A DNA stretch of 64,000 nucleotides, taken from positions 20,873 through 84,872 of the forward strand of contig JAPYUM010000004.1 of the NCBI GenBank assembly GCA_029940535.1, written 5' to 3'. The stretch's first letter is position 1. Each line of letters starts with the position of its first letter. Origin of the DNA: Vicinamibacterales bacterium. GTDB lineage: Bacteria > Acidobacteriota > Vicinamibacteria > Vicinamibacterales > UBA8438. Under the pieces are notes generated by a model. The model was not told the DNA's origin. It saw nothing but the letters and a program-made list of their open reading frames with translations, and searched no databases. Position numbers and translations under genes: made by a program. This document shows, piece by piece, positions 21,217 to 31,807 of this stretch.

Positions 21217-22311
21217 ATGCGTGATTACCTGCGCACCGCAGCCGTCATCGGGCTGACGGTGGGGCTCATGGCGTTCTTCTTGCGCAACGCGGATCTGTCG
21301 TCCGTGTGGTCTGAGATTCGGCGAGCTCGGCTGGACCTGCTTGTGGCGTCAGTCCTCACGATTGCGCTGTCGTATGTCATTCGGATCCGGCGGTGGCAGC
21401 TGCTGTTGGCCCCCATCGGTCAGGTGGGGTTTGGTTCCGCCGGCCGTGCCACGGTCATTGGGTTTGCCACGAACGCCGTGTTGCCCGGCCGGCTGGGCGA
21501 GGCGCTGCGACCGTATCTGCTGGCGCGGGGTGAACGTCTCAGCACCAGCGCCACGATTGCCACAATCGTCCTGGAGCGGGTGACGGACCTGATCACCGTG
21601 GTTGCGCTTCTTGGTGTGTTCCTCCTGTTTTTCAGTGATGGTCTGCTGCAGACCGACGACCAGGTCCTCGTAGCACTCAGAGGTGGTGGCGCGCTCGCGG
21701 CGCTCGGCGCGGCGGCTGCCTTGGCGGTGATCGTGTTCGCCGCTCGGACGCCAGACCGGCTCGGCGCGGTCGTGGCCTGGGCGCTGCCGGATCGCTTCGG
21801 CGACCGTGTCCGTGCCGCGCTCACTCACTTTGGCGACGGACTCGGTGTCGCCCGTCAGCCGACCCGACTGGCCGTTGTCCTCGCCTGGTCGCTCGCGCTG
21901 TGGTTGTGTGTCTGTGCGTCTGCCTGGTATGTGTGTCACGCGTTTGGCATCGGGCTCCCCGCGAGTGGGTCGCTCGTGGTGATGGTGATGATGGTGCTGG
22001 GCGTGGCGGTGCCCACACCAGCCGGCGCCGGTGGGTTTCACGCGGCCTTTCAGCTGGGGGTGACGAGTTTCTACGGTGCGCCGACCGACGCTGCCGTCGG
22101 GGCCGCTCTGATACTCCACCTTGCATCGTTCGGACCGGTGACCGTGCTCGGTTTGGTGCTGATGATTCGCACCGGTTTGACGTTCCGTGGAGCGGCTGAT
22201 CTGGCGTCGTCCGTCTGCGGTGACGAGACCCCGGAACCCGCGCAGGTTGAGTCAGCCGGAAGCATCGTCAGCATTGACGCGGCCGACCCGGTAGAGCCTT
22301 CGGGCACATGA
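21217..22311 (+). CDS. Lysylphosphatidylglycerol synthase TM-domain (UPF0104, flippase-like) membrane protein
   Basis: RWQLLL, NAVLPGRLGE..R, TIVLER..D, PTPAGAGGFH; multiple TM helices. Confidence 0.88.
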   Translation: MRDYLRTAAVIGLTVGLMAFFLRNADLSSVWSEIRRARLDLLVASVLTIALSYVIRIRRWQLLLAPIGQVGFGSAGRATVIGFATNAVLPGRLGEALRPYLLARGERLSTSATIATIVLERVTDLITVVALLGVFLLFFSDGLLQTDDQVLVALRGGGALAALGAAAALAVIVFAARTPDRLGAVVAWALPDRFGDRVRAALTHFGDGLGVARQPTRLAVVLAWSLALWLCVCASAWYVCHAFGIGLPASGSLVVMVMMVLGVAVPTPAGAGGFHAAFQLGVTSFYGAPTDAAVGAALILHLASFGPVTVLGLVLMIRTGLTFRGAADLASSVCGDETPEPAQVESAGSIVSIDAADPVEPSGT

Positions 22312-22423
22312 CGACACGTATTTTGATCAGGGTCCTCAGACCGAGACAGCGAGGAGGCGCCGTGGCGCAACCCGGTCTTGGGGCTGAGCCAGTCGGCCGG
22401 TCGCGCCGGCCAGGGAGACGCAC

Positions 22424-22882
22424 GTGAAGTGTCCGTTTTGTGGCCGTCTCGGAGACAAAGTCGTCGACTCCAGAGAGAGCAAGGAAGGCGAGGTCATCCG
22501 GCGTCGGCGCGAGTGTCAGGACTGCGGTCGTCGATTTACCAGCTACGAGCGGATCGATGAGATCCCGTATATGGTGGTCAAGAAAGACGGCAGTCGAGAG
22601 CGCTTCGATCGTCAGAAGGTGACCGCCGGCATGCTCAGAGCCTGTGAGAAACGACCGGTATCGGTGGCGGCGGTCGAAGCGATCGCGGATCGCGTTGAGA
22701 CGATTCTGCAGGAGCGCTCAGAGAAGGAGATCCCCACCGATGAAGTCGGTGCCTTCGTCATGCAGGAGCTGAAGCGTCTGGACAAGGTGGCGTATGTGCG
22801 CTTTGCGTCCGTCTACCGGCACTTTCGCGACATCGGGGAGTTCATGACCGAGTTGCGCGACCTGCTCGACACGAAGGAGTGA
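22424..22882 (+). CDS. nrdR: Transcriptional repressor NrdR
   Basis: MKCPFC, VDSR, IRRRREC..C..RFTSYE, ATP-cone, [10 protein letters not shown]. Confidence 0.97.
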   Translation: MKCPFCGRLGDKVVDSRESKEGEVIRRRRECQDCGRRFTSYERIDEIPYMVVKKDGSRERFDRQKVTAGMLRACEKRPVSVAAVEAIADRVETILQERSEKEIPTDEVGAFVMQELKRLDKVAYVRFASVYRHFRDIGEFMTELRDLLDTKE

Positions 22883-23431
22883 ATGCGTCAGACGCTGAGT
22901 AAGTTGCCGGTAGTGTTGGCGCTGGTGACGGCGGCCGTGCCGGCAGCCGTGCTGGCCCAGGACGACGTGGAGATCACGACGCTGACCCGAGAAGACCATC
23001 TGCTCGTGTCGCTCGAACTGCCGGGCGCCTATAGTGACGACGTTCGGGAGGCGGTCGCCAGCGGACTCGAGACGACGTTCAGTTTCGATGTCGAACTGCG
23101 GCGGGCGGTCGCGTACTGGCCGGACGAGACGGTCGATCGGGCTTCCATCTCGGCCAGCGTGTCACTCGACGGACTTACCGGGAGGTATCGCGTCGTGCGC
23201 ACGGTAAACGGCGCGGTGGAGGATGTGCGGGTCGTCGAGGAGGAAGGAGCGGCGCGGGAGCTGTTGACCACCATGGAACGGCTGCCGTTGTTCAGCACGC
23301 AGGATCTGGAGACCAACGGTGACTACGACGTGCGAGTTCGTGTGGATCGCCGGCCGCGCACGTCCTGGTTTCGCTGGCCCTGGGATCGCGCAGCGGCCCT
23401 TGGTCGCGCCAGCTTTACCTTTCTACCGTAG
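22883..23431 (+). CDS. DUF4390-like exported protein
   Basis: Signal peptide; AVASGLETTFSFDVEL; sits upstream of an NtrY-like kinase as DUF4390 genes typically do. Confidence 0.7.
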   Translation: MRQTLSKLPVVLALVTAAVPAAVLAQDDVEITTLTREDHLLVSLELPGAYSDDVREAVASGLETTFSFDVELRRAVAYWPDETVDRASISASVSLDGLTGRYRVVRTVNGAVEDVRVVEEEGAARELLTTMERLPLFSTQDLETNGDYDVRVRVDRRPRTSWFRWPWDRAAALGRASFTFLP

Positions 23432-23498
23432 CTCCTCGTCGGCGTCTGGGCGTCGAAACACAGGGCACTAGCCAGCTGGCTCGGACGGAGGGCGCGGC

Positions 23499-25847
23499 AT
23501 GGCCGATCAATTGCCATCCACAGACCGGATCTTCGCGGCGCCTGGCGCCAGGCCGCCGGGCGGGCCCCAGGATAGCCCGAGGCTTGTCTTGGTCGCGATC
23601 GCCGTGGTGGTCGTCGCCTTGGTCTGGCTCGTGCGGTTGGCTCGTCGGTCCAGCGAGTTCACTCCAGACTATCTGGCGGAAGTAGTCCTCTATGCGCTGT
23701 CGGCGGCATGCGTGGTCATGCTGTTGGCCTTGGGCTTCGTGCTGGCCCGCAACCTCATCAAGATCCTTGCCGAGCGCCGTCGCGCGGTGCCATTCGCGCG
23801 CTTTCGGTCCAAGCTTGTCGCCGCCCTTGTCGGACTCACGTTGATTCCGTCGATGCTTGTGCTGATTGTCGGCAGCGAAGTGATCCGTAGCAGTGCCGAG
23901 CGCTGGTTCAGCGCCCCGATTGATGATGTGCTGCGGTCAGCGAACGCGATCGCGCGTGGCGTCTATCAAGACCAGCAACAAGCGGCCGAGGACCGCGCCG
24001 GGCGTTTGGCGGTGCGACTGGCGGCCGTGGACCTGGCGCGGGTGCCGGAAGAAACCCTACGGGACATCGTGGCCGAGGAGCGTGCTGTCGGCGGTGGCGA
24101 TGTCGTGGACATTTACGTGGTCGAGATCGACGACGAAGGAGAGGCCACCACCACACGGCTCGTCGAGGTGGCCGATCCTTTCCTGCCGCCCGGCTACCCG
24201 CGCGCCTCGGCCGACGCACTGGCGGCCAGCCTCGCGGCCGGGAACGTGGAGAGCGCGCCAGCCGAGCCACTGAGTGATGGGGCTGAACTGTTGCGTGGCG
24301 CGGCCCTCGTGCGGGCTACCGTCGACGGGCCGGTGGTGGGTGTGGTGGTGGCGAGTAATGTGCTGTCAGGCGAGCTGACCGCGCACGCCCGGCGGATCAA
24401 CGGGGCGTTTGGTACCTACAACCAGTTGCGCGTGCTGACGCGACCCGTCACCGGCGTCTATCTCTCGTTCTTCTTGATGACGACCCTGATGATTCTGATT
24501 GCGGCGACCTGGCTCGGTACCTACGTCGCCAAGCGGATTACCCGACCGGTCCTGCAGCTGGCTGAGGGCGCCAGGCAGATCGGCACCGGCCACCTCGACC
24601 ATCGGATCGAGCCGGAATCGTCGGATGAGTTCGGGGGGATGGTCGAGGCGTTCAATGCGATGGCGGCCGACCTCTCGACCAGTCAGCGCAAGCTGATTCA
24701 ATCGCGTGGCGATCTCGAGCACAAGACGCGCGAGACGGAACGGCGGCGACGGGATACTGAAACGATTCTCGAGCGGATCGCCACCGGCGTGGTCTCGATC
24801 GATGCGGCGGGTCGACTCACCACCGTGAACGCGGCGGCGGCCCGGTTGCTTAGTCTCGAGGCGACGGTCATTGGTGAGCCGGCGGCCCTGATCTTCGAAC
24901 GTTCGGATCTGGCTCCGTTGGGTGCCATGCTGCGCGAGGCTCGGCGGGGAGCGGTGGGACAAGCCGCGCGCGAGGTGGCCCTTGCGCGCGGAGGGCGCGA
25001 GTGTCACCTCGCGGTCGCGGCGACGACCTTGCCGGGCGAGCGTGGCTTGGACGGCGTGGTGATGGTCTTCGACGACGTCACGCCCTTGTTTCGCGCGCAG
25101 CGGGTTGCCACCTGGCGCGACGTGGCGCGTCGGCTGGCTCACGAGATCAAGAACCCCCTCACGCCCATCCAGCTCTGTGCCGAGCGGCTGCGTCGCAACT
25201 TGGCGACCGCCGCGCCCCAGACCAGGGAACTGGTCAATGAGTGCACCTCCACCATCGTTGGCGAAGTCGAGGCGCTCAAGGGACTGGTCGATGAGTTCTC
25301 CCACTTTGCCCGTCTGCCGTCGCCCCGGGCGGTGCCGGCCGACATCAATGTGCTGCTCGCCGACACCCTGAGCCTATATGCGGGGTTGTTTGATGGCATC
25401 ACGATCGAGGCGACCTATGATCCCGGTTTGCCGGTGGTTCGGTTGGATCCGGATCAAATTCAACGGGTCGTGGTCAACCTGGTGGACAACGCGGCGGCCG
25501 CGCTTGGCGGCGACCGCGGCCGCACCTCCAGGCCAGGCGGTACTATCGGCGTTGCGACCTACCATGACGCGACGAACTATGTCGCCCGAGTGACGGTCAG
25601 CGACAACGGGCCTGGCATCGCGGAGGTCGACCGTGACAAGTTATTCTTACCCTATTTTTCGACGAAAGGTCGGGGGAGCGGTCTTGGTCTCGCCATTGTT
25701 CGGCGGATCGTTGTCGAGCACGGAGGAAGTATTCAGGTGACGGACAATCGGCCCCGAGGCACTCGTTTCTCCATCGAGCTTCCCTGCGGCGCGTCCGCGC
25801 TGGATGAGACGCCGGTTGTCGCACCGGCCGAGGGTGAGCGGGCGTGA
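23499..25847 (+). CDS. NtrY-like HAMP/PAS sensor histidine kinase
   Basis: Multi-TM N-terminus, HAMP, PAS, H-box WRDVARRLAHEIKNPLTPIQL, N/G boxes (NLVDNA, DNGPG, GSGLGL). Confidence 0.92.
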   Translation: MADQLPSTDRIFAAPGARPPGGPQDSPRLVLVAIAVVVVALVWLVRLARRSSEFTPDYLAEVVLYALSAACVVMLLALGFVLARNLIKILAERRRAVPFARFRSKLVAALVGLTLIPSMLVLIVGSEVIRSSAERWFSAPIDDVLRSANAIARGVYQDQQQAAEDRAGRLAVRLAAVDLARVPEETLRDIVAEERAVGGGDVVDIYVVEIDDEGEATTTRLVEVADPFLPPGYPRASADALAASLAAGNVESAPAEPLSDGAELLRGAALVRATVDGPVVGVVVASNVLSGELTAHARRINGAFGTYNQLRVLTRPVTGVYLSFFLMTTLMILIAATWLGTYVAKRITRPVLQLAEGARQIGTGHLDHRIEPESSDEFGGMVEAFNAMAADLSTSQRKLIQSRGDLEHKTRETERRRRDTETILERIATGVVSIDAAGRLTTVNAAAARLLSLEATVIGEPAALIFERSDLAPLGAMLREARRGAVGQAAREVALARGGRECHLAVAATTLPGERGLDGVVMVFDDVTPLFRAQRVATWRDVARRLAHEIKNPLTPIQLCAERLRRNLATAAPQTRELVNECTSTIVGEVEALKGLVDEFSHFARLPSPRAVPADINVLLADTLSLYAGLFDGITIEATYDPGLPVVRLDPDQIQRVVVNLVDNAAAALGGDRGRTSRPGGTIGVATYHDATNYVARVTVSDNGPGIAEVDRDKLFLPYFSTKGRGSGLGLAIVRRIVVEHGGSIQVTDNRPRGTRFSIELPCGASALDETPVVAPAEGERA

Positions 25848-27271
25848 AGCCGGCGGTGCTCATCGTCGATGACGAGGCTGGCGTGCGGTCCTCGCTCGTC
25901 GGCGTCTTGGGTGACGAGGGATACGCCGTCGAGGCGGTCGACTCCGGTGAAGCGTGCCTGCAGCGCGCTGCGAGTCACGTGTTCGACCTCATCATTCTGG
26001 ATATCTGGTTGCCTGGTGCGGACGGGCTGGAGACGCTGACGGCGCTTCGGAAGCGCGGTGTCGACGCGCAGGTCGTGATGATCTCCGGCCACGGGAGCAT
26101 TGAGACGGCAGTACGGGCCATCAAGCTGGGCGCGTTCGATTTCGTCGAAAAGCCCCTTTCTCTCGAAAAGACCGTGCTGGTTGTGCGCAACGCGTTGCGA
26201 CAGCGGCGTCTCGAGGTGGAGAACCAGGCTCTGCGTGCCGACGCTGATCGCGGGCAGGTGATGGTGGGAGAGAGCCCCGTCATGGCGGAACTCCGAGAGC
26301 AGGTGGCGATGGCCGCGCCCACCAACGGCCGGGTGTTGATTCATGGCGAGAATGGCACCGGTAAGGAACTGGTGGCCAGGAGCCTGCACGCCCTGAGCCG
26401 GCGGGCCGCCGGTCCGTTTGTCGACGTCAATTGCGCGGCCATTCCTGAGGAATTGATCGAAAGCGAACTCTTTGGACACGTGCGCGGCGCGTTTACCGGG
26501 GCGGTGCGCGACCGTCGGGGCAAGTTTGAGCTGGCTGACGAAGGCACCATCTTCCTCGACGAGATCGCCGACATGAGTTTGAAGACCCAGGCCAAGGTGC
26601 TCCGGGTGCTGCAGGAACAGGTGGTCGAGCCGGTCGGCGGTCGGGAGGGGATACCGGTCGACGTGCGTGTCGTCGCGGCCACGAACAAGAGCCTACCGGA
26701 AGAGATCCAGGCCGGCCGATTCCGCGACGACCTGTTCTACCGACTGAATGTCGTGCCGATCGTCGTGCCCCCGTTGCGAGACCGCCGGGAGGATGTGGGT
26801 CGCCTCAGCGAGCACTTTCTCAGCGTCTACGCCGGTGAGTATGGGCACGGGGTGAAGCGCATGGATCCGGACGGGTTGGCAGTGCTCCGTCAGTATGACT
26901 GGCCGGGGAACGTCCGGGAGCTACGCAATGTCATCGAACGCGTTGTCATCATGGTTCCCGGGCCGGTGATCACGGTCCAGGATCTGTCTTTTCTCGAGAC
27001 CGCGGTTCCGGCATCGGCTGGACCGTCCGGTCACACGTCCGCCCCGGTGAGACTGCACGAGGCGCGGGATCGGTTCGAGCGCGACTACATTGTCAGCGCT
27101 CTGGCGGTGGAGCGCGGCAACATCAGTCGCGCCGCTGATACGCTGGGTCTGGAACGTAGCAACCTCTATCGGAAGATGCGCGCGTTCGGTATCCGGCCAT
27201 CCCGCCCCGCTGGGCCGCGGCGTTCGTCGCTCAGCGCGGGAGCCGGCAGTCCAGGACCTGATCCATCGTAA
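25844..27271 (+). CDS. NtrX/NtrC-like sigma54-dependent response regulator
   Basis: Receiver (IVDDE, LDIWLP), GENGTGKE, ESELFGH, GAFTGA, DLFYRL, WPGNVREL, Fis HTH. Confidence 0.93.
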   Translation: MKPAVLIVDDEAGVRSSLVGVLGDEGYAVEAVDSGEACLQRAASHVFDLIILDIWLPGADGLETLTALRKRGVDAQVVMISGHGSIETAVRAIKLGAFDFVEKPLSLEKTVLVVRNALRQRRLEVENQALRADADRGQVMVGESPVMAELREQVAMAAPTNGRVLIHGENGTGKELVARSLHALSRRAAGPFVDVNCAAIPEELIESELFGHVRGAFTGAVRDRRGKFELADEGTIFLDEIADMSLKTQAKVLRVLQEQVVEPVGGREGIPVDVRVVAATNKSLPEEIQAGRFRDDLFYRLNVVPIVVPPLRDRREDVGRLSEHFLSVYAGEYGHGVKRMDPDGLAVLRQYDWPGNVRELRNVIERVVIMVPGPVITVQDLSFLETAVPASAGPSGHTSAPVRLHEARDRFERDYIVSALAVERGNISRAADTLGLERSNLYRKMRAFGIRPSRPAGPRRSSLSAGAGSPGPDPS

Positions 27272-28124
27272 CGTCACGCAACCCCAGGCAGTGGGCGGCC
27301 GTCGAGAGGAGCGCGCCCGCCGGGGCCAGCCCGACGATTTCGCTGGCCTCCACCACTACCCCACGGCGTTGTGCCTCGTTCTCCACGGCGGCGAACACGG
27401 TGTGGAGCGCCGTGGTCTCGTGGTCTACCAGGTTGATCGACACCTGGACGATCTCCGGATCCTCGGTGCGCACCCCGATCGCCTTTACGGCCGGAAGACC
27501 GCCGCTGGAGGCGCGGATGCGGCGAGCGATCTGGCGGGCGATGTCGAGGTCGGCGGTGCGCAGGTTGACGTTGAACGCGATCAAGATCTTCCGCGCCCCA
27601 ATGGCGGACGCGCCGGCCGATGGATGCGGCCGGGCCGGTCCGAAATCGGGGTCCCACGAGTGCCCGCTCATCTTTGACGCAAGCCCTTCGAATTCGCCCC
27701 GGCGGACCAACTCGAGTCGCTCCCGTTCCGGCCCCCGAGCCGCCCGACCATACAGATAGACCGGAATGTCGAACCGTGCTGCCACCGCCTCCGCGAGGGC
27801 GGTCGCCGTGCTGACACACACCCCCATGTCCGCCACGGCCAAGGGAACCAGCGGCACAACATCCACCGCTCCGATGCGGGGGTGTTCGCCCGTGTGACTC
27901 CGGAGGTCGATCGCCTCGATGGCGACCGCGTACAACGAGAGCAACGCCGAGTGCAACGCGTTGGGGAGACCAACCAGCGTGAAGACGGTTCGGTTGTGCG
28001 CGGCATCAGACGACACGTCGAGCAGGGTCACGCCCGGTTGGCCACGGACGGCGGCCGCCAGCGCCTGAATGACCGGCGCGCGGCGACCCTCGCTGACGTT
28101 CGGCACGGCTTCGATAAGTGTCAC
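27231..28124 (-). CDS. ftcD: Glutamate formiminotransferase (stand-alone FT domain)
   Basis: IEAVPNVSEGR, HNRTVFT, HTGEHPRIGAVDVVP, RRGEFEGL, LIAFNVNL, SEIVGL. Confidence 0.92.
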   Translation of the reverse strand: MTLIEAVPNVSEGRRAPVIQALAAAVRGQPGVTLLDVSSDAAHNRTVFTLVGLPNALHSALLSLYAVAIEAIDLRSHTGEHPRIGAVDVVPLVPLAVADMGVCVSTATALAEAVAARFDIPVYLYGRAARGPERERLELVRRGEFEGLASKMSGHSWDPDFGPARPHPSAGASAIGARKILIAFNVNLRTADLDIARQIARRIRASSGGLPAVKAIGVRTEDPEIVQVSINLVDHETTALHTVFAAVENEAQRRGVVVEASEIVGLAPAGALLSTAAHCLGLRDVTMDQVLDCRLPR

Positions 28125-28255
28125 GCGGGGACGTATACCACAGTCACCCGGTGGAAGGTCTTCAGAGTGACAGGCCATCGGACCGCCCGGTTGACGATCC
28201 CCGTGCGGTGGCCCATAATCGGCCACGGTTCGCCCGTTGCTGGCGGCCTTTCCCC

Positions 28256-29116
28256 ATGTCGGACCCAGCCCAGCGTAACGACGTTCCCGCCACGACGGTG
28301 GCCGGCGCGGATCGTGCCGCCAAGATCGAACAGCTACTGCTGTCCGGGCTCGACCGCTACGTCCAAGGACAATTCGACCGGGCCGTGGACGTCTGGACCC
28401 GAGTCCTGTTTCTGGATCAGACCCATGCTGGGGCGAGGGCGTATATCAAACGCGCCCGGGAGGCAATGGCCGAGCGGCTTCGCGAATCGGAAGCCTTGCT
28501 CCATGCCGGCGTCGACGCCTGCGAGCGAGGAGAGGCGGTCGAGGCGCGGGCGCTGCTCACCAAGGCCATCGAGCGTGGCGGGGCGAACGATGAAGTGCTC
28601 GCCGCGCTGGATCGGGTGGAGCGCCTCGGTGTGGTGACCCCGACCGCGTCGGGAGACGCGGTGCGGCGTCGTGGCCGCGTCAGACATCCCCGGCACGATG
28701 TCGGGCGAGTCGTCCCACGCGGCCCGCGTCGACCCTCGGCCCTCTGGCTGCTGCCGTTGGTCGTGACGGCGGCGGTCACCGCCTATTTCGTGGGCGGCTG
28801 GGCCTCGAGCGAGCTCGGGCCGATGGATGCCCGACCCCGAGGGGCGGTGAGCGTGTCTCTTGAGTCGGTCGAGCCGTTGCCGGTGCCGTCCGTGCCCGAG
28901 CTGGCGCTCAGGCGCGCAGAGGCATTGGCAGATGAGGGGCGCGTGAGTGAGGCGCTCGGCGTGCTGGCGACCGTCGGACGTGGCGCCGGGGTGGGTCAGG
29001 GGCTCGAGGCGTTGCGGGGACAGCTTCAGCGACGCTTGGTGGACGGGGTGACGGCCGGTGATCGTGGGACGCTCCGCTCGACCGACGCCGCTCCAACCGG
29101 GAGACCCACGCCCTGA
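28256..29116 (+). CDS. TPR-like helical membrane protein
   Basis: LLSGLDRYVQGQFDRAVDVWTRVLFLD..HAGARAYI (TPR-like), one TM helix. Confidence 0.7.
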   Translation: MSDPAQRNDVPATTVAGADRAAKIEQLLLSGLDRYVQGQFDRAVDVWTRVLFLDQTHAGARAYIKRAREAMAERLRESEALLHAGVDACERGEAVEARALLTKAIERGGANDEVLAALDRVERLGVVTPTASGDAVRRRGRVRHPRHDVGRVVPRGPRRPSALWLLPLVVTAAVTAYFVGGWASSELGPMDARPRGAVSVSLESVEPLPVPSVPELALRRAEALADEGRVSEALGVLATVGRGAGVGQGLEALRGQLQRRLVDGVTAGDRGTLRSTDAAPTGRPTP

Positions 29117-29197
29117 CCTCCAGAAACGATTGGGACGGTGTCGGTCGTGGGGCGGCCGGTGGCGCGCGAGCGGCGTCTCGAGGGAAGAGCAGAACAG

Positions 29198-29896
29198 ATG
29201 GTGACACGTCCAGCGCGCGGCGGTCGACCGAGGCGGCCCGCGGGCGAGCCGGGGGGGCGCGCGCCCAAGCCGCTCGGGACGAGTTCCGGTCTTCCACTGT
29301 TTCCCAACGCTACGAGTCCCTCCGCGGCCGCCGCCCCGGAGGGACCGCGGACTCGCTCGCCGCTGGCCGTTCGACGCCCTCCGCCGGATCCGACGCAGCC
29401 GTCTGTGCGGGCGGGCCGCGAGAAGTCCGAGCGACAGCTGTCGTTCGACGCGCCGGCGGTGGGGACGACGACGGATGGGCTCGCGGCGGCGGCGAGCCTA
29501 TCGTCACGGCTGATAGCCGGGGGGCTCGATGCCGCATTCCTCCTACTGCTGGACGCGGTCGTGGTCGGACTCACGCTTCGGCTGGCTGGGCTTGATGTCG
29601 ACTCGCTCGACGCGTTGCCCATCGCGCCCCTCGCCGTGTTCCTGCTCTTGCTGGACGCCGGCTATGTCGTCGTGCTCACCTCCACGAGGGGGCAGACATT
29701 TGGAAAGATGGCGGTCGGGATCCGCGCGGTCGACGCCGCGGGTCATCCAGTCACCATCGCCGCGGCGCTGATTCGGGCGGCCACGATGGTGGTGTCCATG
29801 TTGCCGGCTGGCGCTGGTCTGGTCTGGATGTGTGTCGTGCGGGACCGGCGCGGGTTGCACGACCGTGTCGCCGGTACGCGGGTCGTTGTGGTGTAG
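29198..29896 (+). CDS. RDD family membrane protein
   Basis: RLIAGGLD, GQTFGKMAVGIR, RRGLHDRVAGTRVV. Confidence 0.88.
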   Translation: MVTRPARGGRPRRPAGEPGGRAPKPLGTSSGLPLFPNATSPSAAAAPEGPRTRSPLAVRRPPPDPTQPSVRAGREKSERQLSFDAPAVGTTTDGLAAAASLSSRLIAGGLDAAFLLLLDAVVVGLTLRLAGLDVDSLDALPIAPLAVFLLLLDAGYVVVLTSTRGQTFGKMAVGIRAVDAAGHPVTIAAALIRAATMVVSMLPAGAGLVWMCVVRDRRGLHDRVAGTRVVVV

Positions 29897-30023
29897 CGGT
29901 CGTGGTACCCGTGTTTCAGTTTGGCAGTCCTCTTTGTTCGATGTCTGACTGCACCCGGTCGGTCGCCGGCTGGCCCGGCGTCACTCAACATTCCACGATG
30001 GCATGGGTGGCGCGAGGCGCCGT

Positions 30024-30494
30024 ATGACCGAGACCGTACGGCGGGTGTTGGTCGGCGTCGCGACCGTTGGCCCCTGCGGGTTCGTTCCGAGAGCACCGGG
30101 GACCGTGGGGTCAGTGGCTGGGGTGGCGCTCTTCTGGGTGGTCCGATCGGCTCACTCTCTCTGGCTCGAGGCCGTGGTGCTGATCGCGGTGATCCTGGTG
30201 GGCGTCGTCGCAGCGTTCGAGGCCGAGTCGAAGTATGAGCGCCGAGATCCTGGATACATCGTCATCGACGAAGTGGCGGGCATGTTGCTGACGCTTCTGG
30301 CGGTGCCGGTGGGAGTAGGCGGCGTCCTGATCGGGTTCGTGGCGTTTCGTGTGTTCGATGTCGTGAAGCCGTTTCCCGCTAGGCAGGCCGAGGCACTGCC
30401 CGGTGGGTGGGGGGTCATGGTCGATGACCTTGTGGCGGGCCTCTATGCCCAGGGGGCGTTGCGGCTCCTTCTGTGGGTCGGGGCCCTCGCGTGA
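30024..30494 (+). CDS. pgpA: Phosphatidylglycerophosphatase A
   Basis: APGTVGS, DPGYIVIDEVAG, FRVFDVVKP, GVMVDDLVAG. Confidence 0.93.
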   Translation: MTETVRRVLVGVATVGPCGFVPRAPGTVGSVAGVALFWVVRSAHSLWLEAVVLIAVILVGVVAAFEAESKYERRDPGYIVIDEVAGMLLTLLAVPVGVGGVLIGFVAFRVFDVVKPFPARQAEALPGGWGVMVDDLVAGLYAQGALRLLLWVGALA

Positions 30495-31807
30495 GCGTCG
30501 AGGCGCCGGACAGCCTGCCTCGCCTTGCGACCGCGGAGGTTATCGCAGTCGGCTCCGAGCTCCTGACGCCTTTTCGTACCGACACAAACTCACTGTTTTT
30601 GACCGCGAGACTCAACGAAATAGGGGTCGTGGTTCGGCGGAAATCGATCGTGGGTGACTCGCCGACCGACCTCGCCGGTGCCATCGGCGAGGCGCTCGCA
30701 CGTGTGGATTTGCTCGTGGTCTGTGGCGGACTGGGCCCGACTGACGACGATCTGACGCGAGAGACGGTGGCCGAGGTGCTTGGTCGCTCGCTGCATGAGG
30801 ACTCTGACATCCTCCAGCAGCTCCGCGAGCGGTTCGAGGCGCGGGGATGGACGATGCCGGAGAACAATCGGCGTCAGGCGTGCGTCCCCGACGGAGCGGT
30901 CGTGCTCGAGAATCCGCGCGGCACGGCTCCCGGGCTGTGGCTCGAAGCGGGCGGTCGAGTGGTCGTCTTGCTGCCAGGTCCACCCCGCGAACTCGAGCCG
31001 ATGTTCGCCGATCTCGCGCGCGGCCGGTTGGCGGAACGCGTGTCAGACGAGCGGCTCTATCGTCGAGTGGTGCGGGTCGCCGGGCGAGGGGAGTCGCACG
31101 TTGAGGAGTTGGCGCAGCCGGTCTACGCGGCGTGGCGACACGGCGACCCGGCGATCGACACCACGATCCTGGCGTCGCCGGGGTCCGTCGAGCTGCACCT
31201 CTCGACGCGGGTCGCCACGGCGCCCGAGGCCACGATTGTCCTCGACCGGGCGACCGCGCAGTTGGCCGTGGTACTCGGTGACCATGTGGTCAGCACGGAT
31301 GGCCGTACGCTGTCCGAGGTGGTGGGTGACTCGCTCCGCCGCCACGGCCATCGTGTGGCGGTCGGAGAGTCATGTACCGGGGGGCTCGTCTCGGCCGCGC
31401 TCGTCGATACGCCCGGGAGTTCGCGCTATGTCGTGGCGGGGTTCGTCGCGTACTCGAACGAGACCAAGCGTTCCGTGCTCGGAGTCGGCGCCGCACTATT
31501 GGCGGAGCATGGCGCTGTCAGCGAGCCGGTGGCGCTGGCCATGGCGGAGGGGGCGCGTCGCGCCGCGGACGTAGAGATCGGAGTCGGCGTCACGGGGATC
31601 GCGGGACCCGGTGGGGGCACCGCGGAGAAACCGGTGGGCACCGTGTGCATCGCGGTCGTGGCGCCGGACGGTGGCCGGACCGTCAGGACACTCCAGCTTC
31701 CCGGTGACCGCGCGATGATCAGGCAGATGGCGACGCGTACCACCGTGGATCTACTCCGCCGCGTGTTGGCGCGGATGGAGACGCATGAGGCTGTTCGTGG
31801 CGATTGA
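30491..31807 (+). CDS. cinA: Competence/damage-inducible protein CinA (MocF plus NMN deamidase)
   Basis: VGSELL, DTNS, GGLGPTDDDLT, GTAPG, LPGPPRE, ESCTGG, GVTGIAGPGGG. Confidence 0.95.
   Translation: MSVEAPDSLPRLATAEVIAVGSELLTPFRTDTNSLFLTARLNEIGVVVRRKSIVGDSPTDLAGAIGEALARVDLLVVCGGLGPTDDDLTRETVAEVLGRSLHEDSDILQQLRERFEARGWTMPENNRRQACVPDGAVVLENPRGTAPGLWLEAGGRVVVLLPGPPRELEPMFADLARGRLAERVSDERLYRRVVRVAGRGESHVEELAQPVYAAWRHGDPAIDTTILASPGSVELHLSTRVATAPEATIVLDRATAQLAVVLGDHVVSTDGRTLSEVVGDSLRRHGHRVAVGESCTGGLVSAALVDTPGSSRYVVAGFVAYSNETKRSVLGVGAALLAEHGAVSEPVALAMAEGARRAADVEIGVGVTGIAGPGGGTAEKPVGTVCIAVVAPDGGRTVRTLQLPGDRAMIRQMATRTTVDLLRRVLARMETHEAVRGD

Noticed and set aside
22312-22330. ACACGTATTTTG as a possible NrdR box upstream of nrdR
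   Set aside because: Weak single match with poor symmetry.
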